Positions 50,702 to 61,913 are shown, counted from the stretch's first letter. The stretch is 64,000 nt of DNA from Trueperaceae bacterium (GCA_040905465.1 JBBDRK010000069.1:14532-78531), one strand, 5' to 3'. Program-made: numbers and translations. The notes: generated from the sequence alone by a model not told the origin.

Positions 50702-51638
50702 GAAGCCGATCGAGGATCTCGAGGCCAGGATCAGTGACATGCGGGTCTACGCGGAGGATCAGTCGGTCGACCTCGGCGAGGAGATTCGGCTGCTCGAGGA
50801 CAGGCTCGACCGCCTGCGCTCCGAGACGTTCGCGAATCTCTCTCGCTGGCAACGCGTTCAGGTCGCGCGTGCACCCGGTCGGCCCACCGGTCTCGACTAC
50901 CTGCAGAGCGTGTTCAGCGACTTCCAGGAGCTCCACGGTGACCGGATTCTGGGTGATGACCCGGCCATCGTCTGCGGCCTGGCTCGGCTGGACGACCAAT
51001 CGGTGATGGTGCTGGCGCAGCAGAAGGGGCGCGACACCAAGGAAAACATTCACCGCAACTTCGGCATGTCACATCCCAGCGGCTACCGCAAGGCCATTCG
51101 GATGTTCGACCTGGCGGACAAGTTCCGGCTGCCCGTCATCACGCTCATCGACACTCCCGGCGCGTACCCGGGAATCGCCGCCGAGGAGCAGGGGCAGGCG
51201 TGGGTGATCGCCGAGGCTATCCGCCGGATGAGCCGCCTCCGTGTGCCTGCCATAAGCGTTGTGATCGGGGAGGGCGGCTCCGGTGGAGCGCTCGCCATCG
51301 GCGTGGCCAACCGCGTGCTCATCCTGGAGAACGCCATTTATTCGGTGATAAGCCCCGAGTCGTGTGCCGCAATCCTCTGGCGTGACGCCGCCGAAGCGCC
51401 ACGCGCCGCCGAAGCGCTCAAGCTCACCGCCCGGGATCTGCTCGAACAAAACGTGGTGGACCGGGTGATCGACGAACCGGTGGGCGCCGCTCACAAGGAT
51501 CCTCAGGGAGCGATGGATATCGTAGGCGAGGTGTTGCGCGAGGAGCTGGAGCGCCTCTCCCGGTTGCGGCCCGAACAACTTGTGTGCGGCCGCAGAGACC
51601 GTTTTCGCCAACTCGGCCGGGTGCGCGAGGTTTCCTGA
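50685..51638 (+). CDS. accA: Acetyl-CoA carboxylase carboxyltransferase alpha
   Basis: [14 protein letters not shown] and GEGGSGGA motifs. Confidence 0.96.
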   Translation: MALPFEKPIEDLEARISDMRVYAEDQSVDLGEEIRLLEDRLDRLRSETFANLSRWQRVQVARAPGRPTGLDYLQSVFSDFQELHGDRILGDDPAIVCGLARLDDQSVMVLAQQKGRDTKENIHRNFGMSHPSGYRKAIRMFDLADKFRLPVITLIDTPGAYPGIAAEEQGQAWVIAEAIRRMSRLRVPAISVVIGEGGSGGALAIGVANRVLILENAIYSVISPESCAAILWRDAAEAPRAAEALKLTARDLLEQNVVDRVIDEPVGAAHKDPQGAMDIVGEVLREELERLSRLRPEQLVCGRRDRFRQLGRVREVS

Positions 51639-51648
51639 GGTCCGCCGG

Positions 51649-52314
51649 CTATCCGCCGGTCGCCGCTCGACGCAGATCGCCGATGTTCTGCGCTATGCCG
51701 GACCGGCCGTTGAAGACCGAGCTGCCGGCTACCAGCAATTCGGCACCGGCGGCAACCGCCGCGCCCGCCGTGTCGATGTTGATGCCGCCGTCCACCTCGA
51801 TGCGGCACTCCGGGTTGAGCTGGTCACGCCACTCTCGGACTACGCCCAGGCGTTCGAGGGTGGCGGGAATGAAGCTCTGACCGCCGAAGCCGGGGTTCAC
51901 GCTCGTCAGCAGCGTCAGGTCCAACTCCGGCAGTGCCCCACGGACGACGGCAAGCGGCGTTAGCGGATTCAGGGCCAGACCGGCCTTGGCTCCGCCATTG
52001 CGGATGAGCTGAAGCGTGCGGTGCAGGTGCGTACTTGCCTCGGCGTGAACGGTCAGCCAATCGGCGCCGGCAACGGCAAACGCCTCGACGTGACGCTCTG
52101 GTTCGACGATCATCAGATGCACGTCCAGTGGAAGATCAGTCGCGCGCCGGCATGCCTCCACGATCAGCGGGCCGATGGTTATGTTGGGAACGAAGCGGCC
52201 GTCCATCACGTCTATGTGGATGACGTCCGCTCCGGCACGTTCGGCCTCCTGGACCTGCTCGGCCAGCCGGCCGAAGTCGCTGGCCAGGATCGACGGCGCA
52301 ATGAGTACGGTCAC
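51649..52314 (-). CDS. rpe: Ribulose-phosphate 3-epimerase
   Basis: IAPSIL, HIDVMDG, DVHLM and EVDGG motifs; GTG 7 nt after TATACT. Confidence 0.95.
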   Translation of the reverse strand: MTVLIAPSILASDFGRLAEQVQEAERAGADVIHIDVMDGRFVPNITIGPLIVEACRRATDLPLDVHLMIVEPERHVEAFAVAGADWLTVHAEASTHLHRTLQLIRNGGAKAGLALNPLTPLAVVRGALPELDLTLLTSVNPGFGGQSFIPATLERLGVVREWRDQLNPECRIEVDGGINIDTAGAAVAAGAELLVAGSSVFNGRSGIAQNIGDLRRAATGG

Positions 52315-52362
52315 GGGCCGGAGTATAGCAACGAAAGTGGCCGCCACGGGGCCAGGCAGGTC

Positions 52363-52422
52363 GTGCCGCTCTCAAGTGTGCCGCTCTCAAGTGTGCCGCT
52401 GTCAAGTGTGCCGCTGTCAGGT
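52363..52422. repeat. Intergenic 4 x 15-bp tandem repeat GTGCCGCT(C/G)TCA(A/G)GT
   Basis: Read directly; lies between the gabT end and the rpe promoter. Confidence 0.92.
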
Positions 52423-52475
52423 GGTACCGGAGCTCGAACGGTGCGGTCGTCGACGAGCCGGTCGGTCAGTGCCGT

Positions 52476-53792
52476 TCAGGCGACGACGGTGACCGACTCC
52501 AGCACCTGCGCGAATGCGCGCTCGAGCTTTTCCAACCCCTCGCCCAACTCGGCATCGCTCAGGTTGAGCGGGGGCAGCAGCCGGATCACGTTGCCGTAGG
52601 TCCCGGTCGGCAGGAGGATCAGGCCGTCCTCGCGGGCGGCGGACACGATCGCTTCGACCGCTTCCTTGTTGGGGCCCTTTCCGTCGCCGTGAACCAGCTC
52701 GATACCGACCATCGCCCCCAGGCCGCGCACCTCGCCGATTTGTGGCCAGCGCCGCTTCAGCTCCTCCAACCGGGCGGTGGCACGTCGGCCGATCTCCGCC
52801 GACCGGGCCAGCAGGTCCTCGCCCTCGATGACATCCAGCGTCGCCAATGCGGCTGCACAACCGGCGGGGTTGCCGCCGAAGGTGGAGCCGAGCATGCCGG
52901 GGTTGATCGCGTCCATGATCTCGGCCTTGCCGATCACCGCCGACAGGGGGAAGCCCGAAGACAGGGCCTTGGCGGTAGTCACCAGATCGGGCTCGAGCCC
53001 GTAGTGGTCGACCGCCCACCAGCGGCCGGTGCGCCCGATGCCGGCTTGCACCTCGTCGTCTACCCAGAGTGCGCCGATCTCCGTGGCGTATTCGCGCAGG
53101 CCCGCCAGGAAGTTTGCCGGAGCGGGGATGAAGCCGCCCTCACCGGCCACCGGTTCGATCACGAACGCCGCTACCTCGCCCTCACCGATGGTCGTGGCGA
53201 CGAGGTCCTTTAGCACCTCGAGGGCCTTGGCGCCGGTTTCCTCGGCGTCCTTGGCTCCCCAGGGGTTACGGAATGCGTAGGGGTAGGGGGCCCGGTAGAT
53301 CTCCGCCGCGCGCGGAGCGAAGCCGGCCTTGTACGGCTGGGCCTTGCCGGTCAGTGACATGGCCATGTGGGTCCGGCCGTGGAAGGCGTGGGTAAATGCG
53401 ACGACGCCCTGTCTGCCGGTATAGGCGCGCGCGATCTTCACGGCGTTCTCCACAGCCTCGGCGCCAGAGTTGACCAGGAAGGTCTTCTTGGGGCTCGGAC
53501 CGGGCGCCAGGTCGTTCAACCGCTCCGCCAGGTCGATATAGGTCTCGTTCATCGCCACGGCGAAGCACAGATGCTGAAAGGCCTCGATCTGCGTCCGGAC
53601 AGCTTCCAGCACCCGAGGGTGGGAGTGACCGATGTTCATCACGGCGATGCCGGCCGACCAGTCGAGGTACTTCTTGTCGTCGGCGTCCCAAACGTAGGAG
53701 CCCTGGGCTCGCTGGGGGTAGAACGGGTGAACGCTGTATGCTGCCGGTGCCACCGCTGCGGCCCGCCGACGGGAGAGTGTTTCGTTGCTCAT
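52476..53792 (-). CDS. gabT: 4-aminobutyrate aminotransferase (class III PLP)
   Basis: NSGAEAVENAVK, FHGRT, DEVQAGIGRTG and TFGGNP motifs. Exact substrate is inferred. Confidence 0.85.
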   Translation of the reverse strand: MSNETLSRRRAAAVAPAAYSVHPFYPQRAQGSYVWDADDKKYLDWSAGIAVMNIGHSHPRVLEAVRTQIEAFQHLCFAVAMNETYIDLAERLNDLAPGPSPKKTFLVNSGAEAVENAVKIARAYTGRQGVVAFTHAFHGRTHMAMSLTGKAQPYKAGFAPRAAEIYRAPYPYAFRNPWGAKDAEETGAKALEVLKDLVATTIGEGEVAAFVIEPVAGEGGFIPAPANFLAGLREYATEIGALWVDDEVQAGIGRTGRWWAVDHYGLEPDLVTTAKALSSGFPLSAVIGKAEIMDAINPGMLGSTFGGNPAGCAAALATLDVIEGEDLLARSAEIGRRATARLEELKRRWPQIGEVRGLGAMVGIELVHGDGKGPNKEAVEAIVSAAREDGLILLPTGTYGNVIRLLPPLNLSDAELGEGLEKLERAFAQVLESVTVVA

Positions 53793-54028
53793 GGCTCCTC
53801 CTGACCTGAACTGCCTGGCTCGACCGGTCGTCCGGTCCGATGCCCAGTATTATAAATCGAAGCATAGCACGACCATCGAGCTATGATTACCAAGTAGATG
53901 ACGGTCCGGACCAGGGAAACGTCGGCCACGGGAGGCGAATGCAACTGATTCGCTGGCGGTCGCAGACATGCTGCCCGGGCGGAAAACGGGCCGCGCTACA
54001 GGCTGCCGCGCCGCGGTAGCATTTCCGA

Positions 54029-54772
54029 GTGCGACTCGCTGTCACTGTAGAAGATGGAGCCGACGAGCAGTCGGCGGCAGCGCTTGCCGAGCGGCTGGGC
54101 CTGGAGATGCTCGCCGATATTCCGCCTCCTGACATGCTGTTGCTGGTTCGTACCTCGGAGCGGTTGGAACTGCGCGAATCCGGGCCGGCGGCGGGAGGCA
54201 CGCTGGCAGTAGAGTTCCTGCCCGGCCGCGGCTCGCCGCAACTGCGTCGGGCTGCCATGCCCGGCGGCAGGGCGGCGGCAACGGGCGCACCACCGCGGCT
54301 GATCGACGCTACCGCCGGGCTGGCCCAGGACGCCTTCGCCCTGGCGGAGTGGGGTTGCCGGGTCGATCTTATCGAGCGCTCGCCGGTGGTGGCGGCCCTG
54401 CTGGCCGACGGTCTGGAGCGCGCACGCCGTGACGGGAGGACCGGCGACGCCGCCTCTCGCATGCATCTGCATCAGGGTGAGGCGCTGGACATCCTGCCGC
54501 GGCTGAAGCCCGCCGGGGTCGTCTACCTCGATCCGATGTACCCGCGCAGCGGCCGCGAGGGTCGAAAGGGCAAGGGGATGCGACTGTTGCGCGAGCTGCT
54601 GGGAGACGACAGGGACGCCCATACTCTGCTGGAAGCCGCCAGGCGGGCGGCCGGTCGCAGGGTCGTGGTGAAGCGGCCACTACGTGCTCCGGCGCTGGCG
54701 GGCCACAAGCCATCCGGTAGCCTGACTGGCACCACCGTCCGTTACGATCTCTATGGTCCGCTCCGCGACTGA
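54029..54772 (+). CDS. rsmJ: 16S rRNA m2G1516 methyltransferase (RsmJ-like)
   Basis: DATAGLAQDA, YLDPMYP and VVVKRP motifs; GTG 6 nt after TAGCAT. Confidence 0.85.
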   Translation: MRLAVTVEDGADEQSAAALAERLGLEMLADIPPPDMLLLVRTSERLELRESGPAAGGTLAVEFLPGRGSPQLRRAAMPGGRAAATGAPPRLIDATAGLAQDAFALAEWGCRVDLIERSPVVAALLADGLERARRDGRTGDAASRMHLHQGEALDILPRLKPAGVVYLDPMYPRSGREGRKGKGMRLLRELLGDDRDAHTLLEAARRAAGRRVVVKRPLRAPALAGHKPSGSLTGTTVRYDLYGPLRD

Positions 54773-54796
54773 AGGTGCGGGGCACGAGAGGAGACG

Positions 54797-55630
54797 ATGA
54801 GCGTAAAGCCGATCGAGACGATCACAGTAGTCGGCGCCGGCACCATGGGTGGCGGCATAGCGGCGATGTGCCTGGCGGCCGGCTACCGGGTACGGCTCTA
54901 CGACCCGAGTCGCGAAGCTCTGGAGCGCGCCCGCAAGCGCATCGCCAAGCGTGACGAGCAGGCCGAGGCCGAAGGGCGCCTCGACCTCCACTACCAGCTC
55001 GAGGGGGCGGCGGAGAGTTGCGACTTGCTGATCGAAGCGGTGCCGGAGAGGCTCGAGCTGAAGCGCGAGGTCTTCCAACGGGCAGATGTCGCGGCTCCGG
55101 CTCACGCCATCTTCGCCAGCAACACCAGCGAGTTGTCGATTACCGCCATGGCCGGCGCCACGAAGCGACCGGATCGGGTCGTGGGGATGCACTGGTTCAA
55201 TCCGCCGGAGCGGATGAAGCTCATCGAGATGGTACGTGGCGTGCACTCTTCGCGGGAGGCGGTGGAAGCCGTTGCCGTGGTCGCCGGTCGCTGCGGCAAG
55301 ACGACGGTGCTGGTGAAGGATCGCCAGGGATTCGTGACCACGCGGGCACTTGCGGCCCTGCTCACCGAGTCGATGCGCATGTTCGAGGAGGGAGTGGCTT
55401 CGAAGGCGGATATCGACACCGCCGTCAAGCTGGGATTGAACCATCCGATGGGTCCGCTGGAGTTGGCCGACTATGTCGGCTTGGACACCATGCTCTTCAT
55501 CGGCGAATCGCTCACCGAAGCGCTGGGGGAGAGGTTTCGCCCCCCGCAGATATTGCGCAAGCTGGTGGAGGCCGGCCGCCTCGGCTGCAAGAGCGGCGCC
55601 GGCTTCTACGACTACGGCGAAGCGCGCTGA
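54797..55630 (+). CDS. 3-hydroxyacyl-CoA (3-hydroxybutyryl-CoA) dehydrogenase
   Basis: GAGTMGGG, EAVPE, SNTS, MHWFNP and HPMGP motifs. Confidence 0.92.
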   Translation: MSVKPIETITVVGAGTMGGGIAAMCLAAGYRVRLYDPSREALERARKRIAKRDEQAEAEGRLDLHYQLEGAAESCDLLIEAVPERLELKREVFQRADVAAPAHAIFASNTSELSITAMAGATKRPDRVVGMHWFNPPERMKLIEMVRGVHSSREAVEAVAVVAGRCGKTTVLVKDRQGFVTTRALAALLTESMRMFEEGVASKADIDTAVKLGLNHPMGPLELADYVGLDTMLFIGESLTEALGERFRPPQILRKLVEAGRLGCKSGAGFYDYGEAR

Positions 55631-55686
55631 GAAGCGAAGATGCCTCCCCCGCGCTTCAGTCGAGACTGACTTCGGGGGAGGCTCTC

Positions 55687-55760
55687 TGGCTGGCCCACAG
55701 GGATTCGAACCCCGACCGACCGGACCAAAACCGGTTGTCCTGCCATTAGACGATGGGCCA
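55687..55760 (-). tRNA. tRNA-Gln (TTG)
   Basis: TGGCCCATCGTCTAATGG...TTG...GGTTCGAATCC...GCCA; 74 nt with encoded CCA. Confidence 0.95.
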
Positions 55761-55817
55761 ATGTTACCGCCGGTGCGACCCGGCTGACGCCGTTGCCGCG
55801 CCCAGCGGTTTGCTGAT

Positions 55818-55891
55818 TGGCTGGCCCACAGGGATTCGAACCCCGACCGACCGGACCAGAACCGGTTGTCCTGCCGTTAGACGATGGGCCA
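55818..55891 (-). tRNA. tRNA-Gln (CTG)
   Basis: Near-identical copy with CTG anticodon; upstream TTGACG-N18-TACACT promoter (55935-55906). Confidence 0.95.
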
Positions 55892-56186
55892 ACAAAGCGA
55901 CGACTAGTGTATTGGGCGTCGGCGCTCCTCGTCAAGCGCAGCGGCGACGGCGTACGGCCGTGAGACATGCTCCGGCCCGAGTTGGGCGCCCGGCAGCGCG
56001 CTGGGCCGGCGCGAGCAAGTGCGGTCGGGTGGCTTACTGGCGCCGGCCGCGATGCTGCGGTATACTCGGCCTGTTTGGCCGCCGGGCACGACCTGCTTGC
56101 CCTGAAACCTTGCCCTGAAACCGGCCGTGGGCCGGTCTTGTCCCGCAAGGGGCGATGGCAACTGCGGGAATGCGGCCCGAGTTCGT

Positions 56187-56397
<211 letters not shown>

Positions 56398-56480
56398 CCC
56401 GGGCACGGTTCCGGGGGCCGTCTTACGCCAACAGCCGGTATGATCCCGGCGGGGCGAAGCAGGGGGGTCCAGGAGGGAAC

Positions 56481-57110
56481 ATGGAGCGAGTCCGCGTCAT
56501 CGATCATCCCCTCGTGCAGCATAAGCTGTCCATCCTTCGTGACCGAGAGACAGGGGTGCGCGACTTTCGCGCCCTGTGCACCGAGATCAGCATGCTGATG
56601 GCGTTCGAAGCGATGCGTGACCTGCCGCTCGCCGATGCCGTGGTCGAGACTCCTGTCGCGCCCGCCAAGGTAAAGCGTCTGACCGGCAAGAAACTTGCCC
56701 TGGTGGGAATCCTGCGCGCCGGGCTGATCATGGTCGACGGGCTTCTCACGCTCGTGCCGAGCGCACGTGTCGGTCACATCGGGCTCTACCGCGATCCGAC
56801 GACGCTGAAGCCGGTCGAATACTACAAGAAGCTGCCTACCGACATCGCCGAGCGCGACGTGTTCCTGCTCGACCCGATGCTCGCTACCGGCGGTTCCGCC
56901 GCCGCGGCGGTGAGTATCCTCGAGGACATGGGGGCTCGGAGCGTCCGCCTGTTGTGCATTCTCGGCGCACCCGAAGGCATCGCCGCCGTTCACGAGGAGC
57001 ACCCCGACGTGGAGATCATCCTGGCAGCCTGCGACGAGCGGCTGAACGAGAAGGGATATATAGTTCCGGGCCTGGGAGATGCCGGCGACCGGATCTACGG
57101 AACCCGCTAG
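56481..57110 (+). CDS. upp: Uracil phosphoribosyltransferase
   Basis: [14 protein letters not shown] and [12 protein letters not shown] motifs. Confidence 0.97.
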   Translation: MERVRVIDHPLVQHKLSILRDRETGVRDFRALCTEISMLMAFEAMRDLPLADAVVETPVAPAKVKRLTGKKLALVGILRAGLIMVDGLLTLVPSARVGHIGLYRDPTTLKPVEYYKKLPTDIAERDVFLLDPMLATGGSAAAAVSILEDMGARSVRLLCILGAPEGIAAVHEEHPDVEIILAACDERLNEKGYIVPGLGDAGDRIYGTR

Positions 57111-57194
57111 GGCCCCGAACGACCTTGCTGGGCGCTGCTCGCGACATGCCCTATGTCTCACTCTCCGGCGCAACCCGCGGATAGAATGTGAGCC

Positions 57195-58301
57195 GTGCCG
57201 GAGAACGTAATCGAGATCGCACCACTTGTCCTCTGCTCCTTCATCGCCGCTCTCGTCGCGGTTTCCGTGGCAGTTCCCTGGGTACGTGACTTCGCACTGA
57301 AGATCGGCGCGTATCAGGACGGCGGCGTGGCCCACGGCGACGGCCGGCGGGTCCACAACGGCAAGGTCCCGAATATCGGGGGGGTTGCGATATTCGGTGG
57401 CTTCCTGGTGGCGCTCCTCATAGGCAGCCTGGTCCGACCGGGGCTGCTCGACTCGTTCCGGGTGGAGTTGTTGGCCATCGTTCTCGGCGGCAGCCTCATG
57501 GTCCTGGTCGGCTTTCTCGACGACATGTGGGACGTGCCGCCGGGCATGCGCCTGGCCGCGCAGTTCCTGGCGGCCGGCATCCTCGTGGTCAACGGCGTGA
57601 AGATCGAGTTCATCACCGACTACTTCGGCGGCGGAAACTACCTCTTCATGCCCGAGGTGCTGACCGTGGCGGTGACGCTCGTGTGGGTGGTCGGCTTCAC
57701 CAACGCGTTCAACTTCATCGATGGGCTCGACGGCCTCTCGTCGGGGATCGCGGCGATATCCTCGCTGAGCCTGCTGGCCGTCGCTCTGCAGTTCCCCGAC
57801 CGTGGCGCGGCGATACTCCTCCTTGCCTCGCTGGCAGGCTCCGCGCTCGGCTTCCTGCGCCACAATTTCAATCCAGCGAACATCATCATGGGCGACTCGG
57901 GCGCCTACATGCTCGGCTATGTGCTGGCGGCGGTCAGCGTACTGGGAGCGCTGAAGGTCACCGCGGCGGTAACGATCGCCGCCCCGATCCTCATCCTCGC
58001 CCTGCCGGTACTGAACATCACCCAGGTGACGGTGCGCCGGCTGCGCCGGGGCGTGAGTCCGTCGGTTGCTTCCAACGATCATCTGCACGACCTGATTCGC
58101 GAACGTAGCGGCTCGCCGCGCGTCACCGTGATGTTGTTGTGGCTGGCCACGTTGGCGCTCGGCACGCTGGGAATGCTGTTGTCGCGTACCCCGCCGGCCC
58201 TGATGTACCTGACAGTGGTCGCCACGGTTCTGCTGATCGCCGGCGCCAGCCTGGTGCGGCTCATCGAAGTGCGGCTCGAGCGAGGAGCCGGCGGAACGTG
58301 A
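57195..58301 (+). CDS. wecA: Undecaprenyl-phosphate GlcNAc-1-phosphate transferase (WecA/TagO family)
   Basis: [24 protein letters not shown] and HLH motifs. Confidence 0.88.
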   Translation: MPENVIEIAPLVLCSFIAALVAVSVAVPWVRDFALKIGAYQDGGVAHGDGRRVHNGKVPNIGGVAIFGGFLVALLIGSLVRPGLLDSFRVELLAIVLGGSLMVLVGFLDDMWDVPPGMRLAAQFLAAGILVVNGVKIEFITDYFGGGNYLFMPEVLTVAVTLVWVVGFTNAFNFIDGLDGLSSGIAAISSLSLLAVALQFPDRGAAILLLASLAGSALGFLRHNFNPANIIMGDSGAYMLGYVLAAVSVLGALKVTAAVTIAAPILILALPVLNITQVTVRRLRRGVSPSVASNDHLHDLIRERSGSPRVTVMLLWLATLALGTLGMLLSRTPPALMYLTVVATVLLIAGASLVRLIEVRLERGAGGT

Positions 58302-59419
58302 GCCGGAAACGGGTGTGCGTTGCCTTCGGCACCCGCCCCGAAGCGAACAAGATGGCGCCGGTGGTGTTCGGCCTTCGAGAGCAGCCCGGTGTGGAGCCGC
58401 TCGTGCTGGTGACCGGTCAACACCGCGAGCAGCTCGACGACAGCCTGCGGCTCTTCGGGTTGGAGCCCGACGCCGATCTGGCGGTGATGACCGAGCGGCA
58501 GACGCTGCCCGAGCTTCTCGCCCGGATCGTACCCCGGGCCGCCGAGCGGCTGGGGTCGCTCAGGGCCGATTACGTGCTGGTGCACGGAGATACGCTCACT
58601 ACGTTCGCAGTGGCATTGGCCGCCTTCTACGAGGGCATACCGCTGGCGCACGTCGAGGCCGGCCTGCGGTCGTTCGACCTGGCGGAGCCGTTCCCCGAGG
58701 AGGCCAATCGCCGCCTTACCGACGTGCTCACCGACCTCGACCTGCCGCCCACGCCGCTGGCGCGTCGCAACCTGCTGGCCGAGGGGAAGAGTTCGGAGCG
58801 CATGGTAGTCACAGGCAATACCGCGGTCGACGCCGTTCACTTCGCTCGCGAGCGCGCCAGGCTCCCGGAACACGTGCCGTGCCGGCCGCTGGTGGCGATC
58901 ACGATGCACCGGCGCGAGAACCTTCCGGTGATGGGCTCGCTGGCGGCGGTGCTGCGCGAGGTAGCGCTGGCGTTCCCCGAATTCACATTCGTCTATCCCA
59001 TGCACCTCAATCCCGCCGTGCGCGACGCGGTGGTTCCCGTGCTCGGCGGCGTCGCCAACGTGATGCTCGAGGAGCCGTGGGACTATCTGGCGATGCTCGC
59101 GCTGCTGGACCGTTCGGAGCTGGTGATAACCGACTCGGGTGGAATCCAGGAGGAGGGCAGCGCCCTGGGCGTGCCGGTGGTGGTACTGCGCAACGTTACC
59201 GAGCGGCCCGAGGGCGTGGAGAGCGGCTCGCTGCGGCTCGCGGGCAACAGACCGGAACGTGTGCGCGAGATCCTGACCGGCCTCTTGGGGGACCCAATGG
59301 AGCGGACCGCCATGCGCGTGGGCGAAAATCCCTACGGTGACGGCAAGGCCGGCGGCCGAGTCGCCGCTGCGGTGGCCTGGCGGCTGGGGTTGGCCGACAG
59401 GCCGGCCGACTGGCGCTGA
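58298..59419 (+). CDS. wecB: UDP-GlcNAc 2-epimerase (non-hydrolysing)
   Basis: [20 protein letters not shown] and TDSGGIQEE motifs; GTGA overlap with wecA. Confidence 0.95.
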   Translation: MSRKRVCVAFGTRPEANKMAPVVFGLREQPGVEPLVLVTGQHREQLDDSLRLFGLEPDADLAVMTERQTLPELLARIVPRAAERLGSLRADYVLVHGDTLTTFAVALAAFYEGIPLAHVEAGLRSFDLAEPFPEEANRRLTDVLTDLDLPPTPLARRNLLAEGKSSERMVVTGNTAVDAVHFARERARLPEHVPCRPLVAITMHRRENLPVMGSLAAVLREVALAFPEFTFVYPMHLNPAVRDAVVPVLGGVANVMLEEPWDYLAMLALLDRSELVITDSGGIQEEGSALGVPVVVLRNVTERPEGVESGSLRLAGNRPERVREILTGLLGDPMERTAMRVGENPYGDGKAGGRVAAAVAWRLGLADRPADWR

Positions 59420-59462
59420 CCAGCTGGAGGTAGGGAGCACGGCGAGTGATAGAATCTGCGCC

Positions 59463-60329
59463 GTGTACGAGCACGAGCTGCGCTCCTTGCGCCCCTTTCC
59501 CGGCAGCGTCCGAGCCGGCGGGTTCTACTCCCGGCACTGGCGAGGTTCCGCGGTTATGGGCGTCATCAACCTGACCCCGGACTCGTTCAGCGACGGCGGA
59601 GCGTTTCGTGGAGCGAGCGAGGCCGTCGAGCACGGGAAGAGGCTGGCGCGCGCTGGTGCACTGGCACTGGACGTGGGCGGGGAGTCCACCCGGCCCGGCG
59701 CCGATCCGGTCTCGGAGGAGGTCGAGGCCGAGCGGGTGATTCCTGTCGTGCGCCGACTCGTTCGGGAGGAGTGCGCGCTGATCAGCGTCGACACGTCGAA
59801 GCCGGGCGTGGCACTGGAGTCGCTGCGGGCCGGGGCTCACCTCATAAACGATGTCAGGGGCCTTCGCGACCCCGAGATGGTACGTGTCTGCAGCGAGGCA
59901 GGCGTGCCGGTGGTGATCATGCACATGCAGGGTGAGCCGAGGACCATGCAGCAGGCGCCGGCGTACGAAGACGTGGTGGCCGAGGTTCACGCATTTCTGC
60001 GCGAAGCGAGCCGGAACGCTCGGGAATCGGGGATCCCCGACACGATCGTCGATCCGGGCATCGGTTTCGGCAAGAGAGTGGAAGACAACCTGGCGCTGTT
60101 GCGAGCGGTGGGTGAACTGGCCACCGGTAGGAACAAGGTGCTTGTTGGCGCGTCGCGCAAAGGGCTGATAGCTTCCCTGGCCGGGCAGACTCCGCCGGAT
60201 CAGCGCGATCCGGGCTCCCTGGCCGTACATCTCCATGCCGCGGCGTCCGGCGCTGCACTGGTACGCGCGCATGACGTGTCGGGGCATGTACAGGCGTTGC
60301 GCGTGTGGGAGCGCCTGCATGACGCATAG
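59463..60329 (+). CDS. folP: Dihydropteroate synthase
   Basis: NLTPDSFSDGG, GGESTRPG, DPGIGFGK and SRK motifs; GTG 7 nt after TAGAAT. Confidence 0.95.
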   Translation: MYEHELRSLRPFPGSVRAGGFYSRHWRGSAVMGVINLTPDSFSDGGAFRGASEAVEHGKRLARAGALALDVGGESTRPGADPVSEEVEAERVIPVVRRLVREECALISVDTSKPGVALESLRAGAHLINDVRGLRDPEMVRVCSEAGVPVVIMHMQGEPRTMQQAPAYEDVVAEVHAFLREASRNARESGIPDTIVDPGIGFGKRVEDNLALLRAVGELATGRNKVLVGASRKGLIASLAGQTPPDQRDPGSLAVHLHAAASGAALVRAHDVSGHVQALRVWERLHDA

Positions 60330-60699
60330 CAGCCGGCCGGAGACCGACAGGATCGTACTAAGCGGGATGGAGTTCCACGCCCACCACGGAGCGTTCGCCG
60401 AAGAGGAGCGGCTGGGAGCTCGTTTCACCGTCGATCTCGAGCTCGGGCTGGCCCTGAGCGAGGGAGACCGGCTCGATGAGACGGTCGACTACAGCCGAGT
60501 CTACGCCCGGGTGCGTGAGCTGGTAACAGGCTCCCGTCACCGGCTGATCGAAACCTTGGCTGCTCGCATCGCCCGAACCGTGCTGACTGAGGAGCCATTG
60601 CTGAGCAGCGTGCTGGTGCGCGTTCACAAGCCGCATGCGCCTCTGCCGGGGGTAGTGCGTGACGTGTACGTGGAGGTGCTGCGAGAGCGTGGCACCTGA
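60319..60699 (+). CDS. folB: Dihydroneopterin aldolase
   Basis: FHAHHG..EE, TVDY, LIETLA and KPHAP motifs. Confidence 0.94.
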   Translation: MTHSSRPETDRIVLSGMEFHAHHGAFAEEERLGARFTVDLELGLALSEGDRLDETVDYSRVYARVRELVTGSRHRLIETLAARIARTVLTEEPLLSSVLVRVHKPHAPLPGVVRDVYVEVLRERGT

Positions 60700-61204
60700 G
60701 CTCGCCCTCATCGGCCTGGGCAGCAACCTCGAGGATCCCGCGCGACAGCTGCGAACTGCCTCGATGGAGCTCGCCCGTTGCGGGTCTGTCGAAGCGCTGT
60801 CGAGCCTGTATCGCACCGCACCCGTTGGTGGACCCGCAGGTCAACCCGACTTCCTCAACGCAGTACTTGCGTTGGCTCCGAACGCCTCTTTGGCGACCCC
60901 TCGAGCCATGCTGGACGCGCTGCTCGCCATCGAGCGGCGCCACGGTCGCACGCGGCGAGTACCGTGGGAAGCGCGGACGCTCGACCTCGACCTGCTTGCT
61001 TTCGGGGAGCGCACAGTGGTCGAACCCGGCCTGAGCGTGCCCCATCCGCGACTGCTGGAGCGCGCCTTCGTGCTCGCACCCCTGTGCGAGGCCCTGCCCG
61101 AGTGGCGGCATCCGCTCACCGGTGCGAGCGCGTGCGAGGCGCTGGCACTGTTGCCCTCGGCGCCGCCGGTGACGCGTACCGGCCTCGATTGGGACGCGGG
61201 TTAG
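60689..61204 (+). CDS. folK: HPPK (hydroxymethyldihydropterin pyrophosphokinase)
   Basis: LGSNL, FLN, RTLDLDLL and PHPR..R.FVL motifs. Confidence 0.94.
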   Translation: MAPELALIGLGSNLEDPARQLRTASMELARCGSVEALSSLYRTAPVGGPAGQPDFLNAVLALAPNASLATPRAMLDALLAIERRHGRTRRVPWEARTLDLDLLAFGERTVVEPGLSVPHPRLLERAFVLAPLCEALPEWRHPLTGASACEALALLPSAPPVTRTGLDWDAG

Positions 61205-61214
61205 ACTCGGCCAC

Positions 61215-61913
61215 ATGCGCGTCTTCGCCATCGCCGATCCGCACCTGTCGCGCGCCCAACCGAAACCGATGACCATCTTCGGACCGGCCTGGCAGGGCCA
61301 TCCGGAGGAGTTCTTCACCGGTTGGCGCGAGACAGTCGACGACGGCGATCTGGTGCTGGTGCCGGGCGACCTGTCGTGGGCGCTGCGCCTGGAGGACGCC
61401 CTGCTCGACCTGAACGACATCGCCGCGCTGCCCGGCCGCAAGGTGATCCTGCGCGGAAACCACGATTACTGGTGGCCGTCGGTATCGAAGTTGCGGGCCG
61501 TTTTGCCGAGCGGTATGCACGCGATCCAAAACGATGCCTTGGAACTCAGCGGAGTGGTAGTGGCCGGTAGCCGAGGCTGGGTGTGCCCGGGAAGTCACGG
61601 ATTTTCGGAACAGGACGAGAAGATCTACCGGCGTGAACTGGAACGGTTGCGGCTGTCGCTCGGCGCCGCTCGAAAACTCTCAGGCGAAGCGTTCGTGGTG
61701 ATGCTGCACTTCCCGCCGGTGAACTCCCGACTCGAGCCGTCCGGCTTCACCGAACTCCTGCTGGAAGCCGCTCCGGACGCCGTGGTTTTCGGACACGTGC
61801 ACGGCGAACCGCCGGAACGGGTGATGCCGGACCTTCCCGGAATCGCGACTCACTTCGTAGCAGCCGACGCCTTGGGTTTTCGCCCCGAGCTCGTGTTGGG
61901 CGCCGGCCGCTAG
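61215..61913 (+). CDS. Calcineurin-like metallophosphoesterase
   Basis: DPH, GD, GNHD, HFPP and GHVH motifs. Confidence 0.9.
   Translation: MRVFAIADPHLSRAQPKPMTIFGPAWQGHPEEFFTGWRETVDDGDLVLVPGDLSWALRLEDALLDLNDIAALPGRKVILRGNHDYWWPSVSKLRAVLPSGMHAIQNDALELSGVVVAGSRGWVCPGSHGFSEQDEKIYRRELERLRLSLGAARKLSGEAFVVMLHFPPVNSRLEPSGFTELLLEAAPDAVVFGHVHGEPPERVMPDLPGIATHFVAADALGFRPELVLGAGR

Noticed and set aside
55687-55891. 74-bp direct repeat as attL/attR of an integrated element
   Set aside because: Both copies are complete tRNA-Gln isoacceptors (TTG and CTG) only 57 bp apart.
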